A stretch of DNA of 64,000 nt from Candidatus Marinacidobacterales bacterium (lineage in GTDB: Bacteria; Acidobacteriota; Vicinamibacteria; Marinacidobacterales; SMYC01). Each line of letters starts with the position of its first letter. The stretch's first letter is position 1. Positions 8,785 to 18,690 of the stretch are shown here, piece after piece. The stretch is from contig CBDFNJ010000002.1 of NCBI GenBank assembly GCA_965250115.1, positions 3,662,966-3,726,965 on the forward strand. The letters run 5' to 3'. Made by a program: the position numbers and the translations under genes. A model generated the notes under the pieces. The model was given only the letters and a program-made list of their open reading frames with translations. It was not told the DNA's origin and ran no database searches.

Positions 8785-10044
8785 TTATCTTGATTCGCCA
8801 CACCAATCTAAGATGGAGGCAGCCAGAATCTTGGTCGCCATTATTACATCATCTACCGCCACCCACTCATTGTTGGCATGCATCTGTTCCGTCTTTCCCG
8901 GTCCGAAGATGACCGTCGGTGTTTGGCCAGGCATGTTCAAGAATCGAATATCGGCCGCTCCCTCCCGGCCGCAGATTTCCGGTTCGTGCCCAGTTAACTC
9001 CCGAAACTTACGAGCTATTGTTTGGACAATTGGGCTGTCCACTGGTATTTCGGAAGGCACAGCAAAATACCCGGTAAAAACAATTTCCGGTGGATGTTCG
9101 GCCAGCCAAGAATCGGAGGCGACGTATTCCCGGACAAAAGATGTGAATTCAGCTTTGACAGTATCAGAATCTTCGCCCGGCACCGTGGCAAGGCTACCTT
9201 TCAGAAGTGCAGTGTCGGGGAAGGCGCTGTTGTAACTGCCCGCCTCGAATGCACCCACCATGCAAGGAATCGCATTCTTGATGTTCGGATAAAGTGGATG
9301 GCTCGACCTAGACATGCGGAGCTTTTCGAATTCGGCGACGGCTCGAAGCACGGGGTAAGCCTTTTCAATGCCATTGACACCTTCCCACTGGCGCTGAATA
9401 CCTGCTGCTTTGCCCCTAACCGTAATTTCAAACCAGATGCGCCCAATGGATGCTGGCTGGACCTTCATGCTGCTGGTCTCGCAGCAAATTCCTGCGTCCG
9501 CCTTGTACCCTCGCATGACGCAATCTAGCGTGCCGTTTCCGCTAAGCTCTTCATCCACGACGTATTCCAGTATGACGTCGCCGGCCAGTTTGACACCAGA
9601 ACGGACCACGGCTTCTACAGCCATAGTCATAGCGGCAACGCCCGCTTTCATGTCCGAAGTGCCACGGCCATAGATCCGGCCGTCAGCCAAATCTCCAGAC
9701 CAGGGTCCGTGCTCCCAGGCTTCTTTCGCACCAGCGGGAATAACGTCAACGTGTCCATTGAGCAGTAGGGACCGGCCGCTGCTATTCCCCTTTAGGGTAG
9801 CGACCACGTTCGGGCGGCCTTCGTATCCGCGAGAAACTGGAACATAGGCAGGATGTTTCTTAAGAGCCTCCCAGTCCGGCTCGAATACATCGACAGCAAG
9901 CCCTAAATCCGCCATCTTCTCGGCAATAAACTTCTGGATCTCCCCTTCGCTACCGGTCACGCTGGGGTAAGCGATGAGTTGCTGCAAGAATATGATGACA
10001 TCCTTCGACATCGAATCAACAGTATCCAAAACAGTTTCTTTCAC
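8785..10044 (-). CDS. M20 family metallopeptidase (ArgE/DapE/ACY1/CPG2-like deacylase)
   Basis: 419 aa. Motifs GHVDVIPAG, GRGTSDMKAG and VVDEELSGNG resemble the M20 metal-binding motifs (H, D, EE). The region is visibly more AT-rich than its surroundings. Confidence 0.9.
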   Translation of the reverse strand: MKETVLDTVDSMSKDVIIFLQQLIAYPSVTGSEGEIQKFIAEKMADLGLAVDVFEPDWEALKKHPAYVPVSRGYEGRPNVVATLKGNSSGRSLLLNGHVDVIPAGAKEAWEHGPWSGDLADGRIYGRGTSDMKAGVAAMTMAVEAVVRSGVKLAGDVILEYVVDEELSGNGTLDCVMRGYKADAGICCETSSMKVQPASIGRIWFEITVRGKAAGIQRQWEGVNGIEKAYPVLRAVAEFEKLRMSRSSHPLYPNIKNAIPCMVGAFEAGSYNSAFPDTALLKGSLATVPGEDSDTVKAEFTSFVREYVASDSWLAEHPPEIVFTGYFAVPSEIPVDSPIVQTIARKFRELTGHEPEICGREGAADIRFLNMPGQTPTVIFGPGKTEQMHANNEWVAVDDVIMATKILAASILDWCGESR

Positions 10045-10167
10045 CTAACCTCCTTCAAACTTATGAATCTCAGGATTGTTGTAAATGATATATCAGGCGT
10101 TAATTGGTGTCAGTCGCAAAGCACAGACCAGGCAGATTGCCTTCATTGTTGCAAGCTCCGTTCGACA

Positions 10168-10321
10168 AGCGAGCAATATCGGAAGCTCCAGAACATCTAG
10201 GGTGAGTATTCTGTGCCAGGTTTGAAAGAGGTGTCGGACTATCTCGCTTCAACGGACGCCGAAGACAATAAACTGATCCAGCACGCTTCGCGAGGGCGGA
10301 GGCTGAGAAGCTTCCGCCCTC
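10168..10321. repeat. direct repeat copy B (degenerate duplicate of TPR 3' end plus hairpin)
   Basis: Aligns with 8521..8675. It would encode SEQYRKLQNI*GEYSVPGLKEVSDYLASTDAEDNK with an in-frame TAG at 10198..10200 (TGG to TAG relative to copy A). It is not attached to any upstream TPR body. Confidence 0.8.
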
Positions 10322-10482
10322 AGTCTTCTGATTCTGGCTGCGTTTATCGAGATCTCAACCGACTTGACGCTCGCATGGGGAAGGAGAACCACCAGGCGTC
10401 GCGACACAGTCATGGAGCTTGCTGTATAGTCCTGCCAGAAGTGAGACGTGCCTATGTCCACTAGCAGATAGATCGAAGTGTT

Positions 10483-12066
10483 ATGCGCATTTTCCTAATT
10501 CACATTCGCGACCCTCAGTTCTACGCACTGCCTGCGAAGACCGCTGCCCGGAACGGCAACATTCGAGTGATGGGCTTCCCTCCCATTGGCATTATGTCGC
10601 TCTCCGCCGTACTCAAACGCGACGGTCATGAGTGCGTCATGTTCGACCAGGCCAATCCGGAAACGCCGAACGACGTCATCCTGGAGGAGATCCGACGACA
10701 GCTGCCGGAACTGGTGGGCTTGAGCTTTCTGAGCACCACAAGCTACCCCTATGCGAAATTGCTCGTCCGACAGATTCGAGCAACTGATTCAGCGGTACGA
10801 ATCGCTTTCGGCGGGGTCTTCGCCACCTTGAATGCCGAGCGGGTGAAGCTGCAATGTCCCGAAGTCGACTTCGTGTGCCGTGGTGACGGCGAGCAATTGA
10901 TTCTGGACCTCGTGGAACGATTGGACGACCCCACCGGCGTCGCCGGAGTCACCTGGGTCAAAGACGGCGAGCTGGTTCACAATCCCGACCGGCCTCTGGA
11001 CCGCGATCTCGACCAGTGGCCTTTCCCCGACCGAGATAGTCTCGCGCTGGATTTCGTCGAGTCGATGCCTCTCGACGTCCCTGCCGTCCTGTCCCTGGAG
11101 CGGTTTACCACCATGCAGACCTCGCGCGGTTGCCCCTGGCCCTGCGTGTTCTGTGATATTCCGGTCTTCAGTGAAGGGAAGTGGCGCTCGCGCAGTCCCG
11201 AGCATGTCGTAGCGGAGCTCGACCACCTGCAGGCATTAGGCTACGGATCGGTCTATTTCGTGGACGACCACTTTCTGCTGCAACCCAAGCGGATCGAGGC
11301 CATCTGCAAGGGAATCAATGATAGCGGCATCACGATCGAATGGGGCTGCGAAGGGCGCGTCGACTCGGTATGCCAACACCTTTTTCCAGCCATGGCCAAG
11401 GCCCACTGCCGGACGCTCATGCTAGGGATCGAGAGCGGCAGCCAGAAGGTTCTCGACCGGCTCAAGAAGGAGCAGACGCTCGCCGAGGTCGAGACCACCG
11501 TGAGCAATGCCAAAGCGGCCGGAATCGAAATCGTGCACGGGTTTTTCGTCGTTGGGAGCCCGGACGAGACGGCCGAAGACGTCCGCGCCACGTTCGACTT
11601 CGCCTCGAGGCTTGCTTTAGACACCTTCGGCTTCAACCGCCTGTGCGTCTACCGCGGCACCCCCCTCTGGCATGAGTACGTCGAGCGCGGCCTCGTTGAC
11701 GACGCGAACGATTGGTACAAGTATTTCAAGTGCACCGAAATCGACCCCACCTGCCTGTCCGGCGAGGCGGTGAACGCCGAGCGCTCGGCCGGCTTGCGAC
11801 GTTTGTTCCGCTACAAAATCAGGCACTATCCGCTCCAGACCCTCCGCCTGCTGTGGCGTTTTCTCCGTCATATGCCGATACGCGACGTGGCCTACCTGAT
11901 CGTCAAGCCGTTTCTCGGAGCGAAGCGCGGAGAGACCAAGGCCGAGGTGATGTCGCGTGCCGTCGAGCACAGGGCGTCCAAGGATGCGGCGGCAGATCTC
12001 ACGAAGGTGAGCGACGACATCCTCTTGAAGACATACGACTCACAGCCCGAGCGCCGCGCCCAATAG
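10483..12066 (+). CDS. B12-binding domain radical SAM protein
   Basis: N-terminal cobalamin-binding-type domain (VMGFPPIGIMSLSAVLKRDGHECVMFD; alternative start 10570). Radical SAM cluster motif RGCPWPCVFC (Cx3Cx2C), then GIESGSQKVLDRLKK. Long C-terminal extension. Confidence 0.9.
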   Translation: MRIFLIHIRDPQFYALPAKTAARNGNIRVMGFPPIGIMSLSAVLKRDGHECVMFDQANPETPNDVILEEIRRQLPELVGLSFLSTTSYPYAKLLVRQIRATDSAVRIAFGGVFATLNAERVKLQCPEVDFVCRGDGEQLILDLVERLDDPTGVAGVTWVKDGELVHNPDRPLDRDLDQWPFPDRDSLALDFVESMPLDVPAVLSLERFTTMQTSRGCPWPCVFCDIPVFSEGKWRSRSPEHVVAELDHLQALGYGSVYFVDDHFLLQPKRIEAICKGINDSGITIEWGCEGRVDSVCQHLFPAMAKAHCRTLMLGIESGSQKVLDRLKKEQTLAEVETTVSNAKAAGIEIVHGFFVVGSPDETAEDVRATFDFASRLALDTFGFNRLCVYRGTPLWHEYVERGLVDDANDWYKYFKCTEIDPTCLSGEAVNAERSAGLRRLFRYKIRHYPLQTLRLLWRFLRHMPIRDVAYLIVKPFLGAKRGETKAEVMSRAVEHRASKDAAADLTKVSDDILLKTYDSQPERRAQ

Positions 12067-12109
12067 CTTTGGTGGTTGCCCCAGTCGCTTGTTGAAGTGT
12101 TTAGATCTG

Positions 12110-12452
12110 CTATCGCCCCGGCGGGCCAAGGGGGCTCTCTGGACAATCGGTGCGCTCCACGGTGTAGGTTCCGCCCGCAATCTTCCAGCCATCGTGCGTT
12201 CTCACGAGCTGGAAGGCGTCGATGCCGCAGTGGCTGAACTTCCCGTCTCGATGGAAGTCGTAGCGGGTCCACGCGACCGCGATGTCCTGATGAATCATCA
12301 CCTTCGGTTCCCACATCCTCTCGAGGACCCGTTCTCGCCGGGAGCCGGTCGACGAAGTCTTGATTGGAAAAGCTGCGGATGGAATCCGCGACGAGCTCGG
12401 CGCCACTGGCGGAGTTCGTCCTGCGCGTCGTGAAAGCACTCTCGCTGCAGCA
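12110..12452 (-). CDS. NTF2-like (SnoaL/DUF4440-type) small protein; N-terminal half apparently in another frame (possible frameshift)
   Basis: The C-terminal 68 aa (MWEPKVMIHQDIAVAWTRYDFHRDGKFSHCGIDAFQLVRTHDGWKIAGGTYTVERTD) look like the end of an NTF2-like fold. Upstream, the track frame is low complexity, whereas another frame reads SGAELVADSIRSFSNQDFVDRL. The N-terminus is unresolved. Confidence 0.35.
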
Positions 12453-12971
12453 CTAGTCGGCTTTCGGCGGGACGCCGGCGAAAACGTTGACGCGAGGCTG
12501 CGGGTTGCCGTTGAGCCGTCGCCAGGCATTAATGTGGCCGACGCGAGTCAGCGCGTCCGATAGCGGGCCGTTCAGAATGAACCAGACAGGAAACCGAGAG
12601 CCATCACGCTTCAGGACCCCGTGGGTCGCGAGCTCTTCGTCGGAGACGCTATCGAGTTGCTGACGGACTCGACGCAAGCATTCGAGAGTCCGGTCACGAA
12701 GCTCTCTCGCGTCCTCCGTTTCGATGGAATCCCGTTCACTCGCGTCGAATACGCATTGCTTGACCATGTTAGCAAGGTGAAGGACGTGTTTCAGGAGCTC
12801 GCGCATCGACATGCTCTCGGGTCCGGGACGAAAATCGAAGTCCTCGTCGCAAAGTCCCTCCGTCGCCCAGTAGTAGCGAAACGCGAGCCCGTCCACGACT
12901 CTGGCGAAAACGGAGGCGCCGGTGAGCTTTTCCGGTGCCGATGAGATCTCGTATCCGAAACGTTCCGTCAT
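12453..12971 (-). CDS. DinB/YfiT-like family protein
   Basis: About 170 aa from MTERFGYEISSAPEKLTGASVFARVVDGLAFRYYWATEGL... to ...HINAWRRLNG. Helical bundle-like with conserved His residues. TAG stop. Confidence 0.55.
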   Translation of the reverse strand: MTERFGYEISSAPEKLTGASVFARVVDGLAFRYYWATEGLCDEDFDFRPGPESMSMRELLKHVLHLANMVKQCVFDASERDSIETEDARELRDRTLECLRRVRQQLDSVSDEELATHGVLKRDGSRFPVWFILNGPLSDALTRVGHINAWRRLNGNPQPRVNVFAGVPPKAD

Positions 12972-13164
12972 AACTCGTCTCCGCGGGACGGCAAAGGGTA
13001 TCACCAAGCGGCTGCTACGATGGGTTGCCTTCGCCCGGACGCAACGATAGTTTCAGTTCCCACTCGGGTTCATGTTCACGACACGCCGACATTTCCTTGC
13101 CAAAAGATATGATCGGAATCTCGTACTTGTCATATTGACGGTGCGGCGAGTACCATCACGTCGG

Positions 13165-13183
13165 CTATTTTTTAAAAAAATAG
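13165..13183. promoter_or_regulatory. AT-only palindrome CTATTTTTT-A-AAAAAATAG directly upstream of the TonB-dependent receptor start
   Basis: Perfect 9+9 inverted repeat in a GC-rich context. It abuts the SD-like GGGAGAG and the ATG at 13194. Candidate operator. Confidence 0.4.
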
Positions 13184-13193
13184 GGAGAGCGTG

Positions 13194-14921
13194 ATGTTCA
13201 AAAGAAACATTCTGTTGACCACGATGTGCGTTCTCACCGCTATGGGCCTTTTGGCCCAGACTCAGATCACCTCCGGCGTGATCCGAGGCCGCGTTCTCGA
13301 TCAGACAGACGCCGTGCTGCCAGGAGTTACTGTCGAAGTCAGAAACACGGACACCAATCTGATGCGAACGATCGTTACGGACGGGGAGGGGCGCTTCGCG
13401 GCGCTGGCACTGCCACCGGGCCCCTACGTCGTCACCCTCACTCTACAAGGCTTCGCCAGGTTCACTCAGGACGGCGTGATCTTGACCGTGGGGCAGGCGA
13501 TCGACCTCACCATACAGATGCAGCTTACCGGGGCCCAGGAGACGATCACCGTCACCGGTACGACGCTCGTGCAAGTGTCCCGAACAGAAGCGAGCTCTAC
13601 GCTGAACCAGACGACGGTGGAGACGACACCGGTGCTGGGTCGCAAGTTCGAGGACCTGCTCACGCTCACGCCCGGTGTCAGCATCGTGCAGGGACCCGAT
13701 GGTGACATGATCAACTTCGCCGGGCAACGCGGGGCCTTCAACAATATCAGCCTGGATGGAGGCGACTACAATAACGGTTTCTTTGGCGAGCAGGTCGGCG
13801 GGCAGCGGGCCAACGTGGACATCACGCTCGACGCGATTCAGGAGTTCCAGGTGGTGGCCACGGGAGCGAACGCCGAGTTCGGCCGTACCGCCGGGGGCGT
13901 CGTCAACGTCGTCACCAAATCGGGCACCAATCGGGTGAGTGGAAGCGTCTTCCACTTCCAACGCCTGGAAGCGCTGACGTCCGAGGCTTCGGATGGCACG
14001 AAACTCACCGACTTTCACCGTGAGCAAACCGGCGCCACGGTTGGCGGGCCTATCGTCCGCGACCGAGCCTTCTTCTTCGTGGCTGCCGAGAACATCGGCG
14101 GCAACTTCGAACGGCCCAACCTGGGCCGGGCTATCGGAGAGCCCTGCTCCATTCCGAACCCCAACATTATGACGGACGAGGCGCTCATCAACTCCAGCGG
14201 GGATTGCCAGCACGTGGCGCTCCTCAACTTCTTTCAAGACGAGCTGGGGATGGACGAGGGACGTCCGGTGAAACACCCCATAAGCACAACGTCGGTTTTC
14301 TCCAAGTTCAACTTTCGCGTGGCGGATGGGCACGATCTCTCCGTTTCCTACAATTTTCTGGACTCCTCGAACGAAAATGCGACCTTTGACGTCGACACCT
14401 ATGGCACCTCGGCGAACGGGATCGAGGGCGACCAGGCGCGCATCCATGTCCTGAACTTGAATCTCGTCAGCACACCCTCGACGACGTTGCTCAACGAGCT
14501 CCACTTCACCTATTCGCGGGAAGATCGCCCGCGCACGGCGGCGAGCTCTAACTTGGCCGCGGACACCGGGATGGGATTCGACCCCTCCTTTCGCTTCGGT
14601 AATCCCTTTTTTCTCCAGCCCAACGTCGACGAGTTGTTCTGGCGCACGCAGATCAAGGACAACGTGACCATCGTGGCCGGCGATCACACCATCAAAGTGG
14701 GAGGTGAGTGGATCCACTCGGTGAACGACCAAGTCTTTCGCGGCTTCTTCACGGGACGCTATATCTTCGATAGCACGACGGGCTTCCTGCGCTACGCTTC
14801 GCCCGCCGCGCCGGGAGGATACGGCCCCACTACGGTGACCTGCAGCGACGACAGCTACGTCACCTACCCGGCACCCTGTCCGGGCGGCGGCGATTTCACC
14901 GGCGGGCCCCTGCTTTTTTAG
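13194..14921 (+). pseudogene. TonB-dependent receptor (CarboxypepD_reg + plug type), C-terminally truncated
   Basis: Signal peptide, then CarboxypepD_reg-like ITSGVIRGRVLDQTDAVLPGVTVEVRNTDTN...DGEGRFAALALPPGPYVVTL. Plug-like TPGVSIVQG...GQRGAFNNISLDGGDYNNGFFG follows. The ORF ends after 576 aa at a TAG 44 bp before metF. Full-length receptors of this type are about twice as long, so the barrel is mostly missing. Confidence 0.6.
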
Positions 14922-14965
14922 ATTCTGCGGCCCGAGGGCGAGGATCCAAGCGTCCGGCGAGTCGT

Positions 14966-15985
14966 TTGCGCCCGGGAGGGGCGCGACGTAGGATCTCGCT
15001 TATCGTGAACGATACGAACAAAGGTGGCGGCTCCGGTTTTTCGGAGCTGCCTTCGAGGAAACGTCTCACGCGCCACCCTTTTCACGTCTCGTTCGAGTTC
15101 TTCCCGCCGAAGACCCCGGCGGGCTTCGAGAAGCTCAAGGAGACCGCCTCTCGGCTCGCGGAGTTCGAGCCCGACTTCGCCTCGGTCACCTTCGGCGCCG
15201 GGGGTAGCGGGAACATCCGTACGCTCGAGGCTTGCGTCTCCGTACGCGAGGCCATGGGGGCGGACGTCGTGCCCCACATCACCTGTCTCGGCTTGACCCG
15301 AGACGAGGTGGTCGAGCATCTCGATAGCTATGTGGAAGCCGGTTTCACCCGAGTGCTCACGCTGCGAGGCGATGCGCCGCCCGACGCGGCTTCGGCCAAT
15401 GACGTCCACAAGCCCGGCGGCTTTCGTTACGCGAACGAGCTCGTCGGCTACGTCAAGGAGCGGGGCGACTTCCACATCCTCGTCAGTTGTTACCCCGAAG
15501 GCCATCCCGAGGCCGTCAGCTTGCAGTCGGATCTCGACAACTTCGTCCGCAAGGTCGAAGCGGGTGCGGACGCGGCGGTGACGCAGTACTTCTTCAACAA
15601 CGCGGGCTATTTCCACTTCGTCGAAGAAGTCCGTCGTCGCGGCATCGACATCCCGATCGTCGTGGGGCTCATGCCCGTCGCCCCCTACGGACAGGTGCTC
15701 AACTTCTCGGAGAGATGCGGGGCCGACATCCCACTCTGGATCAAGAAGAGAATGGCGGGCTACGAGAACGACCCGGAGTCGCAGTTCGAGCTCGCGGTGG
15801 AGATCGCGGTTACCCAGGCGGAGGAGCTCCTCCGCAACGGCGCCCCGGGAATCCACTTCTACACGCTGAACCGGCCCGAAGCGACGGTGCGGATCTGCGA
15901 GCACTTGCGGGGGCAGAAAGTCAGCTTCGGGCTCTCCTGGCAAGACGCCTACGGAGAGGTCGAGCCCTCCGCCCAGATCTCGTAG
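14966..15985 (+). CDS. metF: 5,10-methylenetetrahydrofolate reductase
   Basis: FEFFPPKT...VTFGAGGS...HITCLG...LTLRGDAP...QYFFN...FYTLNRPEA are hallmark MetF motifs. The true start is probably downstream of 14966 (for example GTG at 15007). Confidence 0.9.
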   Translation: MRPGGARRRISLIVNDTNKGGGSGFSELPSRKRLTRHPFHVSFEFFPPKTPAGFEKLKETASRLAEFEPDFASVTFGAGGSGNIRTLEACVSVREAMGADVVPHITCLGLTRDEVVEHLDSYVEAGFTRVLTLRGDAPPDAASANDVHKPGGFRYANELVGYVKERGDFHILVSCYPEGHPEAVSLQSDLDNFVRKVEAGADAAVTQYFFNNAGYFHFVEEVRRRGIDIPIVVGLMPVAPYGQVLNFSERCGADIPLWIKKRMAGYENDPESQFELAVEIAVTQAEELLRNGAPGIHFYTLNRPEATVRICEHLRGQKVSFGLSWQDAYGEVEPSAQIS

Positions 15986-15991
15986 GCCGAA

Positions 15992-16898
15992 TCACTCCCC
16001 TCCACCACGAGCCAGTAGGGATCGGCGTCGAGTCGTTCGAGCTTCGTCCTTGGATCGGACTAACGAACCGTAGAACCGTGATAGTGAGGGTATTCGTCCT
16101 GAGGGCGCGTTAGCTTCGCGTCGATCAGACGCGAGAGAAGAACGCGACGAATCGCCGCAGCCACGGAGCGGGCTCATCGGATTCGTTGTCGTAGTTCGAG
16201 AGCGACGAGAGCGAGCTTCCACCTTTCGAATAACTGTGACGGTGGGGTCCTCGGCCATTGCCGTGCGCTCGTCGGGCTCGAATCGGAAACGCCCGTGCGT
16301 GGAGAAACACAACTTTCGGAATGCCGTCATGCCGTCCTGATCGGCGTACTCGGCATGTACGACGTTGCCCGCTTCGATATAGATGCGACCCGGCCGACGA
16401 GCGCCATTGGCGATCGTGACCCGTCCCGTCTTTCGGCTCGCGAAGAGAAACTGGAGCACATCGGGAAGATGGTCGTCGCCAAGCGCGCCCTCTAGTGGGC
16501 CTCGTGGCTTGGGTTCGTAGCGCAGCCGACGCGTTTTCGCGGTGAGGAGGCGCATGGTGCTCAGGAGCTCGTCGTCGGTCGCGTCGATCCTGGCGCTGCC
16601 CTCGGTGGAATAGACCGGCGCCAATTGGGGTTTCTTACCGATCAACATCAGCACCGGAATGTCGTGCGTCATCGGATCGTCCTTGATGCTCCTGGCAATC
16701 TCCGATGGGCCCGGCGGTGCGATATCCGGTGACAGCATCACAAGGTCGGGCTGGGATCTCCTCAGCACCGCCTTCGTCATGGAGCCCGAGTTGGAGCTCA
16801 AGACTTTGAAGCCGCCTCGGCGGGCGAGGGCACGGTATCGCCCTGACGGGTGATCCGGACCCGGACCCTCTACGATTAGAACCGTGCGCTTAGACATG
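15992..16898 (-). CDS. response regulator: CheY-like receiver domain + DUF4388 (PATAN-like) domain
   Basis: Start MSKRTVLIVEG (ATG 16898..16896). Receiver ...DLVMLSPDIAPPG...IPVLMLIG. DUF4388-like LPDVLQFLFASRKTGRVTIANG...IYIEAGNVVHAEYADQDGMTAFRKLCF. The C-terminal tail is low complexity. The track ORF's longer N-terminus (to 17080) looks spurious. Confidence 0.8.
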
Positions 16899-17151
16899 GC
16901 ACCCAAGACGCAGCGCAGATACACGAACGGTAGTAGATCGAGGCGCGCGCCATTTCGAACCGTAGTACTGCAAACCGCGGTCCATCCGCTCGAACTTCGT
17001 CGACGGAAAGGACTTGCGTGATCTCGGTCACGTTCGAGCCGTGCGAGAGTGTTCAAAAACCCGACACTCGAGTTTGTCAAAACCCTTTAAGTTTAGACAA
17101 GCTATTGAGTTACACAGGACCAGCGATCTGTAAAGGTAGCCGACGTGTACT

Positions 17152-18390
17152 TTAGAAGAACAGGCTCGCGGAGAGGTAGACCGTCACTGATAGCAGGCCG
17201 TATTCCGATGGGATCGGCCGGTCCTCCGTCGGCGTCGAGTCCCCGAACCCGAGGAAAAACCCTCCGGAAACCGTCGCGTTGTCACTGGCGGAATATGAAA
17301 AGCTCGGTGAAACCGTGGCGCTGCCGTCACCGAGGTTCCAGAGCATTAGCCCCGAGAGGCCCCAGAGAGGATGGATCTCTAGCGAGGCCTGAAGTGCCGT
17401 CTCGTCGCGCCCGATCACCTGCAGCTCGCCGCGGCGAAAAGGCTCTGACTCGAACAGCGCCGGATATTCGTCGGCGGTCGCTGCGCCGAGCCTATCATGC
17501 TGGTATTCGACCACCAGAAATAAATCCCGTCCCCGAATGCGGAAGCGGCGATCGAAGCCCACGGTCCCACGGAGCCGTAGCTCACCCGCGAGCTTCCTGA
17601 CGACCGCCTCCCCGCGGATGGCGGAGGCGCCGAGAGAGCCCGCGACACCGGCCGAGCCGGTGGCCTCGTCGTAGAGGACTCCTCCCCAGCCGGAAAGCTC
17701 CCATCCGCGAAAGGTTGTGAGCCCGCGAGCTAGAGCCGTCATCTCGGTCCCGACGTCCGTCGTTGTTGGTCGCAGCACGACGTCGATCTCGCTCAAAGGA
17801 CTCGGGTAAAAGCGGAGCCGGGCCGCATCCACTCCGGCGCGAAACTGCCGAAACGGATCGGCCGGGTCGAAAGGTGAAAAAGGGTCAGCCGGCGTCAGGA
17901 AGAGGGTCGTGGCCCAGGACATCGCCTGACGTCCGACATCCACTTGGAGGGTCGAGGTAGGACTCCACCCGACGCGGAGGCGGTCGAAGCGATGCTGCCA
18001 CAACAGGTGCTCGCTTTCGGCCAGGGTCCACTGGAGGTCGAGCCACTCGCCCCCTCCGGGAACGCCGCCTACAAAAATGCCAGCCCCGAGATCGCCCTGA
18101 CGTAGCGTGAGAACGTGCTCGTAGGCGGCCTCGAAGGAGAACTCACTGAAGGAGCCTTCCGCCGACATCCGAAACCTGTTGAAGAGCCTGACGCCCCCCG
18201 GGGTGAAGTCGGTAGGATCGATCCACAGAGGCACACCCTGATAGTAGAAAGTAAAAGGATCCGACTGGGGCTCCGCCCAACGTGGAACGAACAAGAGGAG
18301 CCAACCAAGCACAATCGTCCGTGAAGGGCGCCGCAGAGATAGACGCAAAGACAGGTTCCTATGCCCCTTTACCGCGAAGAGCGTTCTCAA
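17152..18390 (-). CDS. hypothetical outer-membrane beta-barrel-like protein
   Basis: 412 aa with alternating beta-strand-like composition, ending ...LSVTVYLSASLFF (aromatic C-terminus). It is the last gene of the ABC/LolA-like cluster. Its start codon is uncertain (TTG at 18390 in the track). Confidence 0.6.
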   Translation of the reverse strand: MRTLFAVKGHRNLSLRLSLRRPSRTIVLGWLLLFVPRWAEPQSDPFTFYYQGVPLWIDPTDFTPGGVRLFNRFRMSAEGSFSEFSFEAAYEHVLTLRQGDLGAGIFVGGVPGGGEWLDLQWTLAESEHLLWQHRFDRLRVGWSPTSTLQVDVGRQAMSWATTLFLTPADPFSPFDPADPFRQFRAGVDAARLRFYPSPLSEIDVVLRPTTTDVGTEMTALARGLTTFRGWELSGWGGVLYDEATGSAGVAGSLGASAIRGEAVVRKLAGELRLRGTVGFDRRFRIRGRDLFLVVEYQHDRLGAATADEYPALFESEPFRRGELQVIGRDETALQASLEIHPLWGLSGLMLWNLGDGSATVSPSFSYSASDNATVSGGFFLGFGDSTPTEDRPIPSEYGLLSVTVYLSASLFF

Positions 18391-18540
18391 GAGAGTGGGG
18401 GCGTAGCTCGCTGAGTCCCTCTCCCCGCTCGGGGAGAGGACAGGTGAGGGGATTGGAGCGTCTTCCGCCTTCGCGCTTCGAGTTTGGGCGAGACCGTGAC
18501 GAGGCCTTGACTGAGTCGGGACGGCGCGCGACCTCCATTA

Positions 18541-18690
18541 GTGCCGCGGGGCCCCACCTTAATCGCAACGCGCCTGCCTCCGGCAGGCTAGCCCTCCGCT
18601 CGACAGGCTCGCTGCGGGAAGCGGCACGGCTTCTCGCTTCGCGCTTGCGCGGTGCGCTCGGGCTGAGGGCTCCTTCAAGACTTCCGCTCG
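18541..18690. repeat. intergenic repeat R1 (shared blocks gccgcggggccccacc / cggcttctcgcttcg / gcgctcgggctgagggctcc)
   Basis: Three sequence blocks are shared with 20698..20790. Both copies sit in intergenic gaps of the same minus-strand operon. Confidence 0.7.

Noticed and set aside
13443-15943. Long minus-strand ORFs (13443..14732, 14918..15943) antisense to the TonB-dependent receptor and metF
   Set aside because: metF and the receptor plug are unmistakable on the plus strand. The antisense reads are low-complexity.
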